Counted from the stretch's first letter, positions 18,308 through 26,750 are shown. The stretch is 29,226 nt of DNA from an uncultured Rhodobacterales bacterium (GCA_964459535.1 CAYWNJ010000001.1:1-29226), one strand, 5' to 3'. Notes: a model not told the origin generated them from the sequence alone. A program made the numbers and translations.

Positions 18308-18422
18308 CAGCTCGTCTATCCAGATTGCGATCTATCGCACTTATTTCCAGGCATACCGCAGCCATCTGCTTGGATGAAGAATACATGCAAAAGGCTGTGA
18401 GCACTCAAGATTGGACATACAT

Positions 18423-19436
18423 ATGAAAAAGGCATTTATCTCTGGCATCACAGGACAGGACGGTGCATATCTGGCTCAGCTTTTGCTGGAAAAGGGCTAT
18501 GAGGTGCATGGCGGCGTGCGCCGAATCTCGCAACCTGAGACCGTTCGTTTGGAGCAGGTCGGTGTGCTCAAAGATGTGACCCTGCACGAGCTTGATCTCT
18601 CCGAGATGATGAACATTTTCCGTCTCATTCGTGACGGTCAATATGACGAATTTTACAATCTTGCCGCGCAGAGCTTTGTTGGATCCTCTTGGGATCAGCC
18701 CATCTACGCTGCTGATGTGAACGGTGTTGCGGTGGCACGGATACTGGAGAGCATACGCTCCGTCTCGCCTCATACCCGTTTCTACCAAGCCTCCACCTCA
18801 GAGATGTACGGGCTGGTACAGGCGGTACCGCAATCGGAGACCACGCGCTTCTATCCCCGCTCACCCTATGGCGTGGCCAAGGTTTATGGCCATTATATCA
18901 CCGTAAACTTCCGCGAGAGTTTCGACATGCACGCCTCCTGCGGGATCCTCTTTAATCATGAGAGCCCGTTGCGCGGCAAAGAATTCGTGACACGCAAAAT
19001 CACTATGGCTCTCGCCAAGATGGCCCGGGGTGGCAGCGATACACTTGTGTTGGGCAATCTGGAGGCGCAGCGCGACTGGGGCTTTGCAGGTGATTATGTG
19101 GAAGGCATGTGGCGCATGCTGCAGCAAGACAGCGCTGATGATTATGTGCTCGCGACAGGAGTGACCACGCCAATCCGCGATTTTGTGAATTTCGCTGCCG
19201 CAGAGCTTGGCTTTGATATTGAATGGACAGGCGAAGGCATCGACGAAGTGGGCACCGACCGCAAGACTGGGAAAAAGCTGGTAGAGATTTCCGAGAAGTT
19301 TTTCCGCCCGGCGGAGGTGGACCTGCTCATTGGTGACGCAACCAAGGCACGCACTGCTCTTGGATGGGAGCCCAAAGTGGACGTACGCGCACTTGCCAAC
19401 ATGATGGCCAAAGCTGACTATGACGCGCTTGGTTGA
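18423..19436 (+). CDS. gmd: GDP-mannose 4,6-dehydratase
   Basis: ISGITGQDGAYLA, YNLAAQSFV, QASTSEMYG, PRSPYGVAK and GILFNHESPLRG.EFVTRKI. Confidence 0.97.
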   Translation: MKKAFISGITGQDGAYLAQLLLEKGYEVHGGVRRISQPETVRLEQVGVLKDVTLHELDLSEMMNIFRLIRDGQYDEFYNLAAQSFVGSSWDQPIYAADVNGVAVARILESIRSVSPHTRFYQASTSEMYGLVQAVPQSETTRFYPRSPYGVAKVYGHYITVNFRESFDMHASCGILFNHESPLRGKEFVTRKITMALAKMARGGSDTLVLGNLEAQRDWGFAGDYVEGMWRMLQQDSADDYVLATGVTTPIRDFVNFAAAELGFDIEWTGEGIDEVGTDRKTGKKLVEISEKFFRPAEVDLLIGDATKARTALGWEPKVDVRALANMMAKADYDALG

Positions 19437-22047
19437 ACAGACCCAACCACACCCCAAACTGACCAGCCGGGTCGCGGCTCTCTTGCCGGCAACCCTGCGT
19501 CGTAAATTATCTGAACTGCGCGCAGCATCTCGAAAATCAGCAGAAGCGCGCAGTACAGCGCCCTATCGCGGCAACCTCGAAGGCGTTAGCCCCGAAGGCG
19601 TCCTGACGGGCTGGGTATTTGATAAAGAAAACCGCACGGGTCGTATACTTGTAGGGCTCTATGCCGGGGAAACTTTGGTCGAAACGGGAACAGCCCAGTT
19701 TCGGCGCGATGATGTTGCAGCGGCCCATGGGTGTGATGCGACCTGCGGGCTGCGCTTTGCCATTGGTGAGCAGCTGCTTGTCAAGTTACGCGATCATGCT
19801 GGGGTGTTATCCGTGCGCACCATGTCGGCAGAACCGTTCGAGATCGGTTCCGTTACATTGAAAGTTGATGACTCGGATCCGCCGGTTGGAGAGAGCGATA
19901 TTGGCTTTTTGGCCCATGTTCTCAAACCTGATCTCGACGCTCTGTTGGCAGCGTTGGAGGCTATACCTGAAAACGTGGCAGCGCCCGGCCCTGTCCGTCA
20001 TCCGCCCTTTGTCCCTCATGGCAAGATGTTCCAGACGGAACAGATCATACCCGAAATCCCTATCTCGGGTCAGCCCGCGTATATGGATTACGTGCGCTAT
20101 CGTTATCGTAAAGACGAGGAGTTCGCGGTAGCCCCTGGCCATGATGCGGCGGATCGCTATTTGTATTGGTATATTACCACATACCGCTCGCGCGAAAATC
20201 GGCGTGTGCCATTAGGCGCGGAACAGATTGCATATCTAAACGCGCCGATGGTGATGGGGGGACAGCAATATGTTCTGAGCCGTGCGATCTGGTGGCGGCT
20301 TCTAGAACGTTCAGATCTTTTGGGTAAGCTAAACCTGAACAATCGCGATGCGTACCACGACATACTCTTTTGGTGGGCCTATTCGGACTGCCCAACGCTC
20401 TATCTTGAAGATTGCCTGGTGCCGGACCGGTTTGCCGATCAACTGCGAGGCGTGCACCCCTCGCGCCGCTTTGACGCCTATCCGTTGAGTTATTTCACGG
20501 AGCGATATTTTCATGAGAACCCGGCTCTGCACCGGCTTGATGCCGGCAGTGCTCAAGGGCGTAAGACGCTGGTGCTGTGCATGCTGCTCCGCGCAATACA
20601 GCGCCCTGATTTGCTGCGCTATATCCCCTCAGGTTTGATCACCCAATTGCTGGCACCTGGTACCGACAACATGCCAAGTGCCTTAGAAAATTTTGTCCAC
20701 GATTTACGCTCTGCTGTATCCGAGGTCGCAACAGACACCCCAACCCGTCTGTCACTGAGCGCTGAGCGCTATATGCACATGCTGCGCACGGCGCAGTTTG
20801 ATCTGGCCTCGCGCCGCTTTCTGACCATTTCGCCAGCAGGGCACCGCTTTGAAGCGGCCGCGATGCCGGCCCCACGAGAAAGCGCCGATCTGCCGACGGT
20901 CGATGTACAATTGATCGGCCCACTGGCCAAGGCGTCAGGCCTAGGTCAGGCGACGCGCCTATCGGCGGATATCTTGCGTGCCACGGGTTTGTCTTTGCGC
21001 TGCGTAGACTTTGATCTCGATAATCCTGCGCCCGAAGGCTTTAGTTCCGATGCTCAAATAGACGAATACGGTCCGGCGCAAATTAACTTGATTCATCTTA
21101 ATGCCGAATCCACGCCACTTGCATTTGCCTATCAACCCGATGTGTTTTCGGGGCGCTATAATGTGGGCTACTTTTTTTGGGAGCTCGACCGCCCCGCTTA
21201 TTGCCATTACTTAGGTATGGATTTGCTGGATGAGATCTGGGTCTGCACCGAATACGGTGCTGCGGTCTACAGCCGAGATGATCATGACAAACCGGTGGTC
21301 AATGTCGGGATGTGTTATGAAAACATACCCGATATCGCCCGGACCGACAGCCGTGCTTTTGTGGAAGAGCGGTTTCTTTTCACCAAAGAGCATTTTATCT
21401 GCCTGGTCGCCTTTGACAGTTTCTCCTTTGTCCAGCGTAAAAACCCGGTAAATGTCCTGCTCGCGTTCCAGAAAGCGTTTGAAGGCGTTCCCGAAGCGCG
21501 GCTGGTGATCAAAACACAGAACCGCGATAGTGTCTTTGACCTTGTGCAAATGCAGCTGTGGGAACAGGTAGACCGTATTGTCGCCGAAGATCCTCGATTG
21601 GTCATCATGAATGAAACGCTCAGCTATCGTGACGTCTTGAGGCTTAAGGCCGGATGCGATTGCTATGTCACCTTACACAAATCTGAAGGTTGGGGGTTTG
21701 GCATGATCGAAGCGATGAACCTGGGCGTGCCTGTCGTATGCACAGGCTATTCAGGCAATATGGACTTCTGCACACCCCAAACAGCATGGTTGGTTGATTA
21801 CGAAGAAACGCCGCTGGAGCAAGATGATTACATCTTTGTGCGCAAAGGCTCGCGTTGGGCCGAGCCCGATATCGCTTCGGCCGCTGCTCAGCTGCGTGCG
21901 GTTTACGATGATCCCGCCGCGCGGGCCGCTAAGGCAGATGCGGCACAAACCATGATCCGCAACGCATTTTCATGCGACGCAATTGCAAAGCGTTATGGCA
22001 ATCGCCTACGTGAAATCCTTGCTATGCTGGACCATAGCACGCCATAG
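19420..22047 (+). CDS. Large multidomain glycosyltransferase with C-terminal GT4 domain
   Basis: 875 aa with C-terminal FFWEL, RKNP, SEGWGFGMIEAM.LGVPVVCTGYSGNMDF. It overlaps the gmd stop by 17 bp. Confidence 0.87.
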   Translation: MTRLVEQTQPHPKLTSRVAALLPATLRRKLSELRAASRKSAEARSTAPYRGNLEGVSPEGVLTGWVFDKENRTGRILVGLYAGETLVETGTAQFRRDDVAAAHGCDATCGLRFAIGEQLLVKLRDHAGVLSVRTMSAEPFEIGSVTLKVDDSDPPVGESDIGFLAHVLKPDLDALLAALEAIPENVAAPGPVRHPPFVPHGKMFQTEQIIPEIPISGQPAYMDYVRYRYRKDEEFAVAPGHDAADRYLYWYITTYRSRENRRVPLGAEQIAYLNAPMVMGGQQYVLSRAIWWRLLERSDLLGKLNLNNRDAYHDILFWWAYSDCPTLYLEDCLVPDRFADQLRGVHPSRRFDAYPLSYFTERYFHENPALHRLDAGSAQGRKTLVLCMLLRAIQRPDLLRYIPSGLITQLLAPGTDNMPSALENFVHDLRSAVSEVATDTPTRLSLSAERYMHMLRTAQFDLASRRFLTISPAGHRFEAAAMPAPRESADLPTVDVQLIGPLAKASGLGQATRLSADILRATGLSLRCVDFDLDNPAPEGFSSDAQIDEYGPAQINLIHLNAESTPLAFAYQPDVFSGRYNVGYFFWELDRPAYCHYLGMDLLDEIWVCTEYGAAVYSRDDHDKPVVNVGMCYENIPDIARTDSRAFVEERFLFTKEHFICLVAFDSFSFVQRKNPVNVLLAFQKAFEGVPEARLVIKTQNRDSVFDLVQMQLWEQVDRIVAEDPRLVIMNETLSYRDVLRLKAGCDCYVTLHKSEGWGFGMIEAMNLGVPVVCTGYSGNMDFCTPQTAWLVDYEETPLEQDDYIFVRKGSRWAEPDIASAAAQLRAVYDDPAARAAKADAAQTMIRNAFSCDAIAKRYGNRLREILAMLDHSTP

Positions 22048-22056
22048 GATCAGACC

Positions 22057-23829
22057 ATGTCAAAGCGTTCATCAAAGCCGCGCTTGGTAATTCACCTAGG
22101 CTTGCACAAAACCGGCTCCAGTTCACTACAGCATTGGCTATTACGTCATCAAACGGTGCTAGACCCACACCTGGCCTGTTATAACCTCGCAGACGGCAGC
22201 TCCAACTCAATTAAATTCGCAGCTCAAGCACTGGTGCTGGGCCAATTGACAATGGCAGGGTATCGCCAGCACGTAACCGAGTGGTTGCCTGTTTTTGACG
22301 CCATTGAACACCCAGCGATTTTATTGACTGACGAAGGGCTTTTGGGCCTGCCGATAGGATCGGTAACAGGTGACTATCACGAAACTGGTTTTTATCCTTT
22401 CGCAGCATCTATTGTAGAAGTTTTTGCTGAGGTTTTTGTTGAGTATGACCCCATTTTTGTTGTGATGCAGCGTGATACAGAAACTTGGTTACGCTCAATA
22501 CACAACCAAATGTATAGGCAAGGCTATGCCAGCAATAACTTTGATGAATTTGCCGCCGACCATGCAGGCAAGATAGATTGGTCGTCTTTGGTCGCGACTT
22601 TGGAAGCCACGATTGCTCATGGCGGGAAAGGGCGCGGCCGGCTTGAGGTGTTACAGTTCGAAGAAGAGTTTGCCACCGAAACCGTCTCTGACATGGGGTT
22701 TTTTCAAATTCTGGGTCTCCCTCCAGATCTAATGTCTCAATGCGAGCCGACCTTGCCTCACATCAATAGGTCACTTCCGATTTCAGTGCTGAATGTGCCA
22801 AAGCGCCCTGTGATGTTACTAGGCGCGCAAAATTCGATGCTGGAAGGCGGTTGGGTGAACCTGATGCGTCGCCAATTCGAAACTATGGTTGAGGTCACAA
22901 ACTTATCAGTGCTCTCATGTTCGAGCGCAACGGCGCTCTACCGCTTTATTAGTCATCAAAATCGCCCGGAGGATGAGGCGGTATTCTGGGAATACGGACA
23001 AAACGAATTTGACCATATGCAAGCTGGTCAAACATTAGAGAGCATACTCTATCATGTTGAATGGCTGATCCAACAATGCATTCGTCAGCAACGGCCCTTT
23101 GTCCCGGTGTTGATGAGTACCTGCACTCAGATGAGCTTTGGTGACGATCCTTGCCTGTCGGGTCTACGTCGGCTTTTTGAAGCCTATAAAATCAATTATG
23201 TGGATGTGCCTACACTGCTGTCTGTATTGGGCCGTGGGTCAGTGGACTTGGCACATTGGTATGCTGATGACACCTATTACAATGTATTGACTGAGTTGCC
23301 CGTGCGCGTGGCCGAGCAAGCAATGTTGACACTGCTCAAAGCTCAGCCGCCCGTGCAGATCCCAGAGCGTGCGGCGCATTTTGAAGGGCGTGACCTGGTA
23401 CTCGTCTACCCTGATGGAGGCGCGCATGAGGTATTCGACAATGGTGCCATTCGCCTTCCTTTTGAGGCCTATAAAGACGACTCACTTCGCTTTTCGATTA
23501 GTGGACATGTGATGGCTGCCGTGATTGTAACCACAGGCGCAGGACCTGCAGTATCAATTGAGATTGATGACATTCCTCTGCCCGGCATCTGGTCGACTCA
23601 GGTCGATTATGGAGATGATGCCCCCATACAGCACGTACGTCAGTTGGTGCTACCGGGTCAAACCGGTGTAGACACTGCAAGTTCAGTGACCGTACGCGCT
23701 TTGCAAAGCACGGAGCAAGCGCCAAAATTACAGTCAGGCTATGTTTGGAAAACGTCAGACGCGACAGCGATGTCAGCACATCGTATGAACGGAGTTTCAG
23801 CATTGGTCGCGGAAATTTTTCAAGCCTAA
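22057..23829 (+). CDS. Fusion of an N-terminal sulfotransferase-fold domain and a C-terminal SGNH-hydrolase-like domain
   Basis: N-terminal VIHLGLHKTGSSSLQ. From ~22800 there are SGNH-like blocks LLGAQNS, NLSVLSCSS, WEYGQNE and YADDTYY. Confidence 0.65.
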   Translation: MSKRSSKPRLVIHLGLHKTGSSSLQHWLLRHQTVLDPHLACYNLADGSSNSIKFAAQALVLGQLTMAGYRQHVTEWLPVFDAIEHPAILLTDEGLLGLPIGSVTGDYHETGFYPFAASIVEVFAEVFVEYDPIFVVMQRDTETWLRSIHNQMYRQGYASNNFDEFAADHAGKIDWSSLVATLEATIAHGGKGRGRLEVLQFEEEFATETVSDMGFFQILGLPPDLMSQCEPTLPHINRSLPISVLNVPKRPVMLLGAQNSMLEGGWVNLMRRQFETMVEVTNLSVLSCSSATALYRFISHQNRPEDEAVFWEYGQNEFDHMQAGQTLESILYHVEWLIQQCIRQQRPFVPVLMSTCTQMSFGDDPCLSGLRRLFEAYKINYVDVPTLLSVLGRGSVDLAHWYADDTYYNVLTELPVRVAEQAMLTLLKAQPPVQIPERAAHFEGRDLVLVYPDGGAHEVFDNGAIRLPFEAYKDDSLRFSISGHVMAAVIVTTGAGPAVSIEIDDIPLPGIWSTQVDYGDDAPIQHVRQLVLPGQTGVDTASSVTVRALQSTEQAPKLQSGYVWKTSDATAMSAHRMNGVSALVAEIFQA

Positions 23830-24268
23830 TGGGGCCGCTTTCAGCAGTTGGCGAAATAGTCACTTAGGCTCGACCCAGGAATGAATATCCCGATTACCCA
23901 AGGACAAACTCTGCGATGTACCCAGACACCCAGTATTGTCGATTTCAAACCGCCATACGGACAATACACCTGATGCCCCATCGATGCTGTAGGAAACCCC
24001 AGATCGTGTGCTCACAAATAGGCCAGGGCCCACGCAATCGGCAACCCTAACCCACTATTTTCAATGTCGAACTCTACCGACCGAGCATATGCAAGCGCAC
24101 TCATGTCTCTATTCACCCCCACGGCTTAATGCCTTCAGGAGCTATCGAGTGGCTGTGGGTATAGGATTTTCACTACAGGTGCAGTGATCTTCTTGCGCTC
24201 AGACCATAAGAGAGGGTTTGTCCGCTTCCGTCTATGATTTTCGCGTATCCGTCCACTCAAACGAAGGA

Positions 24269-24304
24269 CAGCCAAACGCGCGTATTGCTTGGAACAGGAA
24301 TCAA
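24269..24304 (-). pseudogene. tnpB: First 12 codons of IS66 tnpB
   Basis: TTG start overlapping the tnpA stop, translating (M)[11 protein letters not shown], the typical TnpB N-terminus. It then jumps to the right-end sequence. Confidence 0.75.
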
Positions 24305-24717
24305 GTGGTCAAACCTTGAACAAGGCAAACAACTGCCGTCAGCGCAGTCGACCCTTCAACCAAAATACGTCGTCCATCCGACAAAGTGATGTCCACCCGG
24401 GTGGCGGACAGACCGCCAGCGACCACGGCCATGCCCGTGTTCGGCAGAACAGGGGGATCAGAGGCAACGGCAACTTCAAGAAAGTCAGAAACCTCAATGT
24501 CATTCTCAGACAAAGGCCCGGATGGCACAAATCGAGGATCACGCAACCACTTGTGGATCAGATTGGCATTCATCGAATATCGACGTGCAACCTGCGCTAC
24601 CGAAACCCCGGAAACACGCGCCTGGTTGCAAATCGATTGCTTCTCATCATCCGACCAAAAACGCTTCTTCTGGCCCTTCTTGCCCGCCATAGAGTGCCTC
24701 AAGATGTCCACTATCAA
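24301..24717 (-). CDS. tnpA: IS66-family accessory protein TnpA (HTH)
   Basis: [14 protein letters not shown]...[27 protein letters not shown]...[14 protein letters not shown]. The start may be 24690. Confidence 0.88.
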   Translation of the reverse strand: MIVDILRHSMAGKKGQKKRFWSDDEKQSICNQARVSGVSVAQVARRYSMNANLIHKWLRDPRFVPSGPLSENDIEVSDFLEVAVASDPPVLPNTGMAVVAGGLSATRVDITLSDGRRILVEGSTALTAVVCLVQGLTT

Positions 24718-24776
24718 TGGTGGACACTATCACCACACTCCTAGCCGCGTCAGAGCAGGGAAACCGGACGGATACG

Positions 24777-25028
24777 CTGATACTGGCGGGGATCCAAGAG
24801 ATTTGCGTGATCACCACGCCCCAGGACCAGGCCCAGTTTCAGCGCACGCTGGGGGATGGCAGCCAAATGGGGGATCCGCCTGAGCTATATCGAGCAGCCC
24901 TCTCCGAACGCCAAGGCCAACAGGTGGGCTGCCCCGAGGAGATCGCGTTTGAGCAGGGTTGGATCAGCGCGGACCAACTGGCCGAGCGCGCCGGGCTTTT
25001 CGCCAAGACGCAATATGGGGCCTATCTA
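24777..25028 (+). pseudogene. rmlA: Shattered glucose-1-phosphate thymidylyltransferase (rmlA/rfbA)
   Basis: The N-part reads [30 protein letters not shown], then [13 protein letters not shown] after a 1-nt shift. It is fused to the C-part [23 protein letters not shown]...YGAYL. Confidence 0.9.
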
Positions 25029-25130
25029 GCGCTTGTTTTGTTCAATCGGAAAAATGAAACATTCAAATTCGCGTTCGAGGCAAAGCCGAGAGGCAGCGCA
25101 TTTGAATTCAATTTAACAAAACACGCTCTA
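25027..25130 (+). mobile_element. Right, complete copy of the MITE-like element (100 bp between TA dinucleotides)
   Basis: Terminal inverted repeats TAGCGCTTGTTTTGTTCAAT (25027-25046) and the reverse complement of 25111-25130 (TAGAGCGTGTTTTGTTAAAT) match 17/20. It has an internal hairpin and TA at both ends. Confidence 0.8.
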
Positions 25131-25276
25131 AAGCGCCCGATCTCAAAATTGAGGCGTTCTACGACGACAATTCGGATGGCACCCGCCCCGTGGGGGCGAA
25201 GCTACCCAGCGCAACAGCGACTGTTGCGCGTAAGATGTGTGCGAAGCGAGAGGCTTCAGATCAAAAGTTGGATGCT

Positions 25277-25597
25277 TTAGGCAGCTTCGGCCTGTTGCGC
25301 AGCATTGCGGCGCTCGGATTCCTCGCGAGACAAGGCGACCGAGGTGCGCACACCCTTGCCAACGAAGTCCATCAAACCCTCGACAACGCGCTCATTGGGG
25401 TCAATCCCGGCGCAGCTAAGCACTTCGCGGCCATCGCGAGAGCGGGCCCAGCGGGCAATTTGCTCAGGTCCATTTCCATATTTCTTATCATCGGCGATTG
25501 CATCGTCGAGCGCAGCCAAGACAACCGCTGCAAAGAGTTTACGGGCACGATTGCCTTGTTCGTGATTAAAGGCCGTACCATCAACGAAATCTTTCAT
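25277..25597 (-). CDS. Conserved Rhodobacterales small protein (DUF6280-like)
   Basis: 106 aa, [34 protein letters not shown]. The family name comes from recognition, not from a search. It is divergent from efp. Confidence 0.8.
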   Translation of the reverse strand: MKDFVDGTAFNHEQGNRARKLFAAVVLAALDDAIADDKKYGNGPEQIARWARSRDGREVLSCAGIDPNERVVEGLMDFVGKGVRTSVALSREESERRNAAQQAEAA

Positions 25598-25815
25598 TCG
25601 CTGTCCATCCTTATTCTTGCTCTTGTGTTTTAGGCGTAGGTGCCCTTATGGCGTATCTTCAACGATTCGGATACCCCAAAACTGCATGGCTCCCTTGCAT
25701 TGCCTGCATAGCTGGAGCGTATCACTTACGAGATATCGCGATATTGCACCGCGCTACACATCAAGATATAGGCGGTGCTCAAGTTTCTTCAATCTTTTGC
25801 CACGGTTTTGCCACA

Positions 25816-26379
25816 ATGCCAAAAATCAACGGGAACGAGATTCGCCCAGGAAATGTGCTGGAGCATAATGACGGCCTATGGGCGGCTGTAAAGGTGGATC
25901 ACGTGAAGCCGGGTAAGGGCGGTGCCTTTGCCCAGGTCGAGCTGCGCAACCTGCGGAATGGCTCCAAGCTGAATGAGCGGTTTCGCAGCGCAGACAAGGT
26001 CGAACGCATTCGGCTTGAGCAAAAGGATCAGCAATTCTTGTACGAAGCGGACGGGATGCTGACCTTTATGGACACCGAAACCTACGAGCAGATTGAGCTT
26101 TCTGCGGATTTGCTTGGTGAGCGGCGGCCCTTTCTTCAGGACGGGATGACGATTGTCGTCGAGTTTTATGAGACCGAGGCTCTGAATGCGACATTGCCGC
26201 AAAAGGTGACCTGTAAAGTGGTCGAGACCGAGCCGGTTGTGAAAGGTCAAACCGCTGCAAACAGCTTTAAGCCTGCGATTTTGGACAACGGGGTAAAGGT
26301 ATCGGTGCCACCGTTTGTTGGGCAAGACGAGGACATTATCGTCAACACCGAGACATTTGAGTATGTCGAACGGGCGTAA
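25816..26379 (+). CDS. efp: Elongation factor P
   Basis: 187 aa from [12 protein letters not shown], with loop [10 protein letters not shown] and C-terminal [15 protein letters not shown]...VPPFV. Confidence 0.97.
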   Translation: MPKINGNEIRPGNVLEHNDGLWAAVKVDHVKPGKGGAFAQVELRNLRNGSKLNERFRSADKVERIRLEQKDQQFLYEADGMLTFMDTETYEQIELSADLLGERRPFLQDGMTIVVEFYETEALNATLPQKVTCKVVETEPVVKGQTAANSFKPAILDNGVKVSVPPFVGQDEDIIVNTETFEYVERA

Positions 26380-26382
26380 GCT

Positions 26383-26673
26383 CTAGGTCTCACCGTCTTC
26401 CTGCTTGCGAAGTTGGGCGCGCGCGCCTGGGTCGATCACTGCCCGTTGCTTCAGCCTTGCTGCGCGGGCCCGTAGCGCCGCAAGGCGCGCGGTGCTGTCG
26501 ATCTCGGGCTCAGAGGTCGCCTTTGCCTGTTCTGTTTGGGCTCTAAGCGCCCCGAGCGGTAGCAAAGATGGGTACTCTGAGGCGCGTGTATTCTCAATAA
26601 TCGATTGATCAAGCTCAGGCACTTCGGCGCAAGCCGCAAGTAATATCGGTATCAAGAACATTGCACGCTGCAT
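26383..26673 (-). CDS. Small putative lipoprotein
   Basis: Short signal peptide with lipobox LLAA-C. Confidence 0.65.
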   Translation of the reverse strand: MQRAMFLIPILLAACAEVPELDQSIIENTRASEYPSLLPLGALRAQTEQAKATSEPEIDSTARLAALRARAARLKQRAVIDPGARAQLRKQEDGET

Positions 26674-26750
26674 GGGCAGAGCTTGCCTGAGCCTCCTGCG
26701 CGTTGCAAGGCTTGGCTTTACAAACCTGTTTCGGTAGGGCTGGCGCTACA

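Larger units (their letters stand above)
24245..24775 (-). mobile_element. Internally deleted, non-autonomous IS66-family element (531 bp)
   Basis: Perfect 10-bp terminal inverted repeats GTATCCGTCC (24245-24254) / GGACGGATAC (24766-24775). It contains tnpA and only the first 12 codons of tnpB, with no tnpC and no 8-bp target duplication. Confidence 0.88.
1..25130. mobile_element. RepA-type plasmid-like unit carrying a capsule locus, bounded by direct MITE-like repeats (cointegrate or mis-joined circle; 25,043-bp repeat-to-repeat distance)
   Basis: It contains a complete rep/par module and is flanked by direct repeats at 1-90 and 25044-25133. The rmlA 3' end is split between the two ends. 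Housekeeping-type genes start right after the second repeat. Confidence 0.85.

Noticed and set aside
17372-19436. fcl placed before gmd as something unusual
   Set aside because: The order differs from the enterobacterial gmd-fcl, but gene order is variable in polysaccharide loci and carries little information alone.
23830-24244. Possible gene relic between the last capsule gene and the mini-IS66
   Set aside because: Only short interrupted frames with no recognisable similarity; nothing can be supported without a search.
25209-25229. Perfect 9-bp hairpin GCGCAACAG-CGA-CTGTTGCGC as the terminator of the DUF6280-like gene
   Set aside because: There is no U-tract on either strand, so function cannot be assigned.
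24717-25280. 187-aa ORF as a genuine novel gene
   Set aside because: It is a chance open frame running through the IS66 end, two rmlA fragments, the MITE and intergenic DNA.
25000-25280. Classical integrase island with a tRNA attachment site
   Set aside because: No tRNA-like sequence and no tyrosine or serine recombinase is visible. The repeat has MITE architecture instead.
25648-25815. N-terminal extensions in the ORF track for efp (also tetR, DUF599-like, kpsM, gmd and two GTs)
   Set aside because: Family-typical starts lie downstream. The extensions reflect longest-ORF calling.
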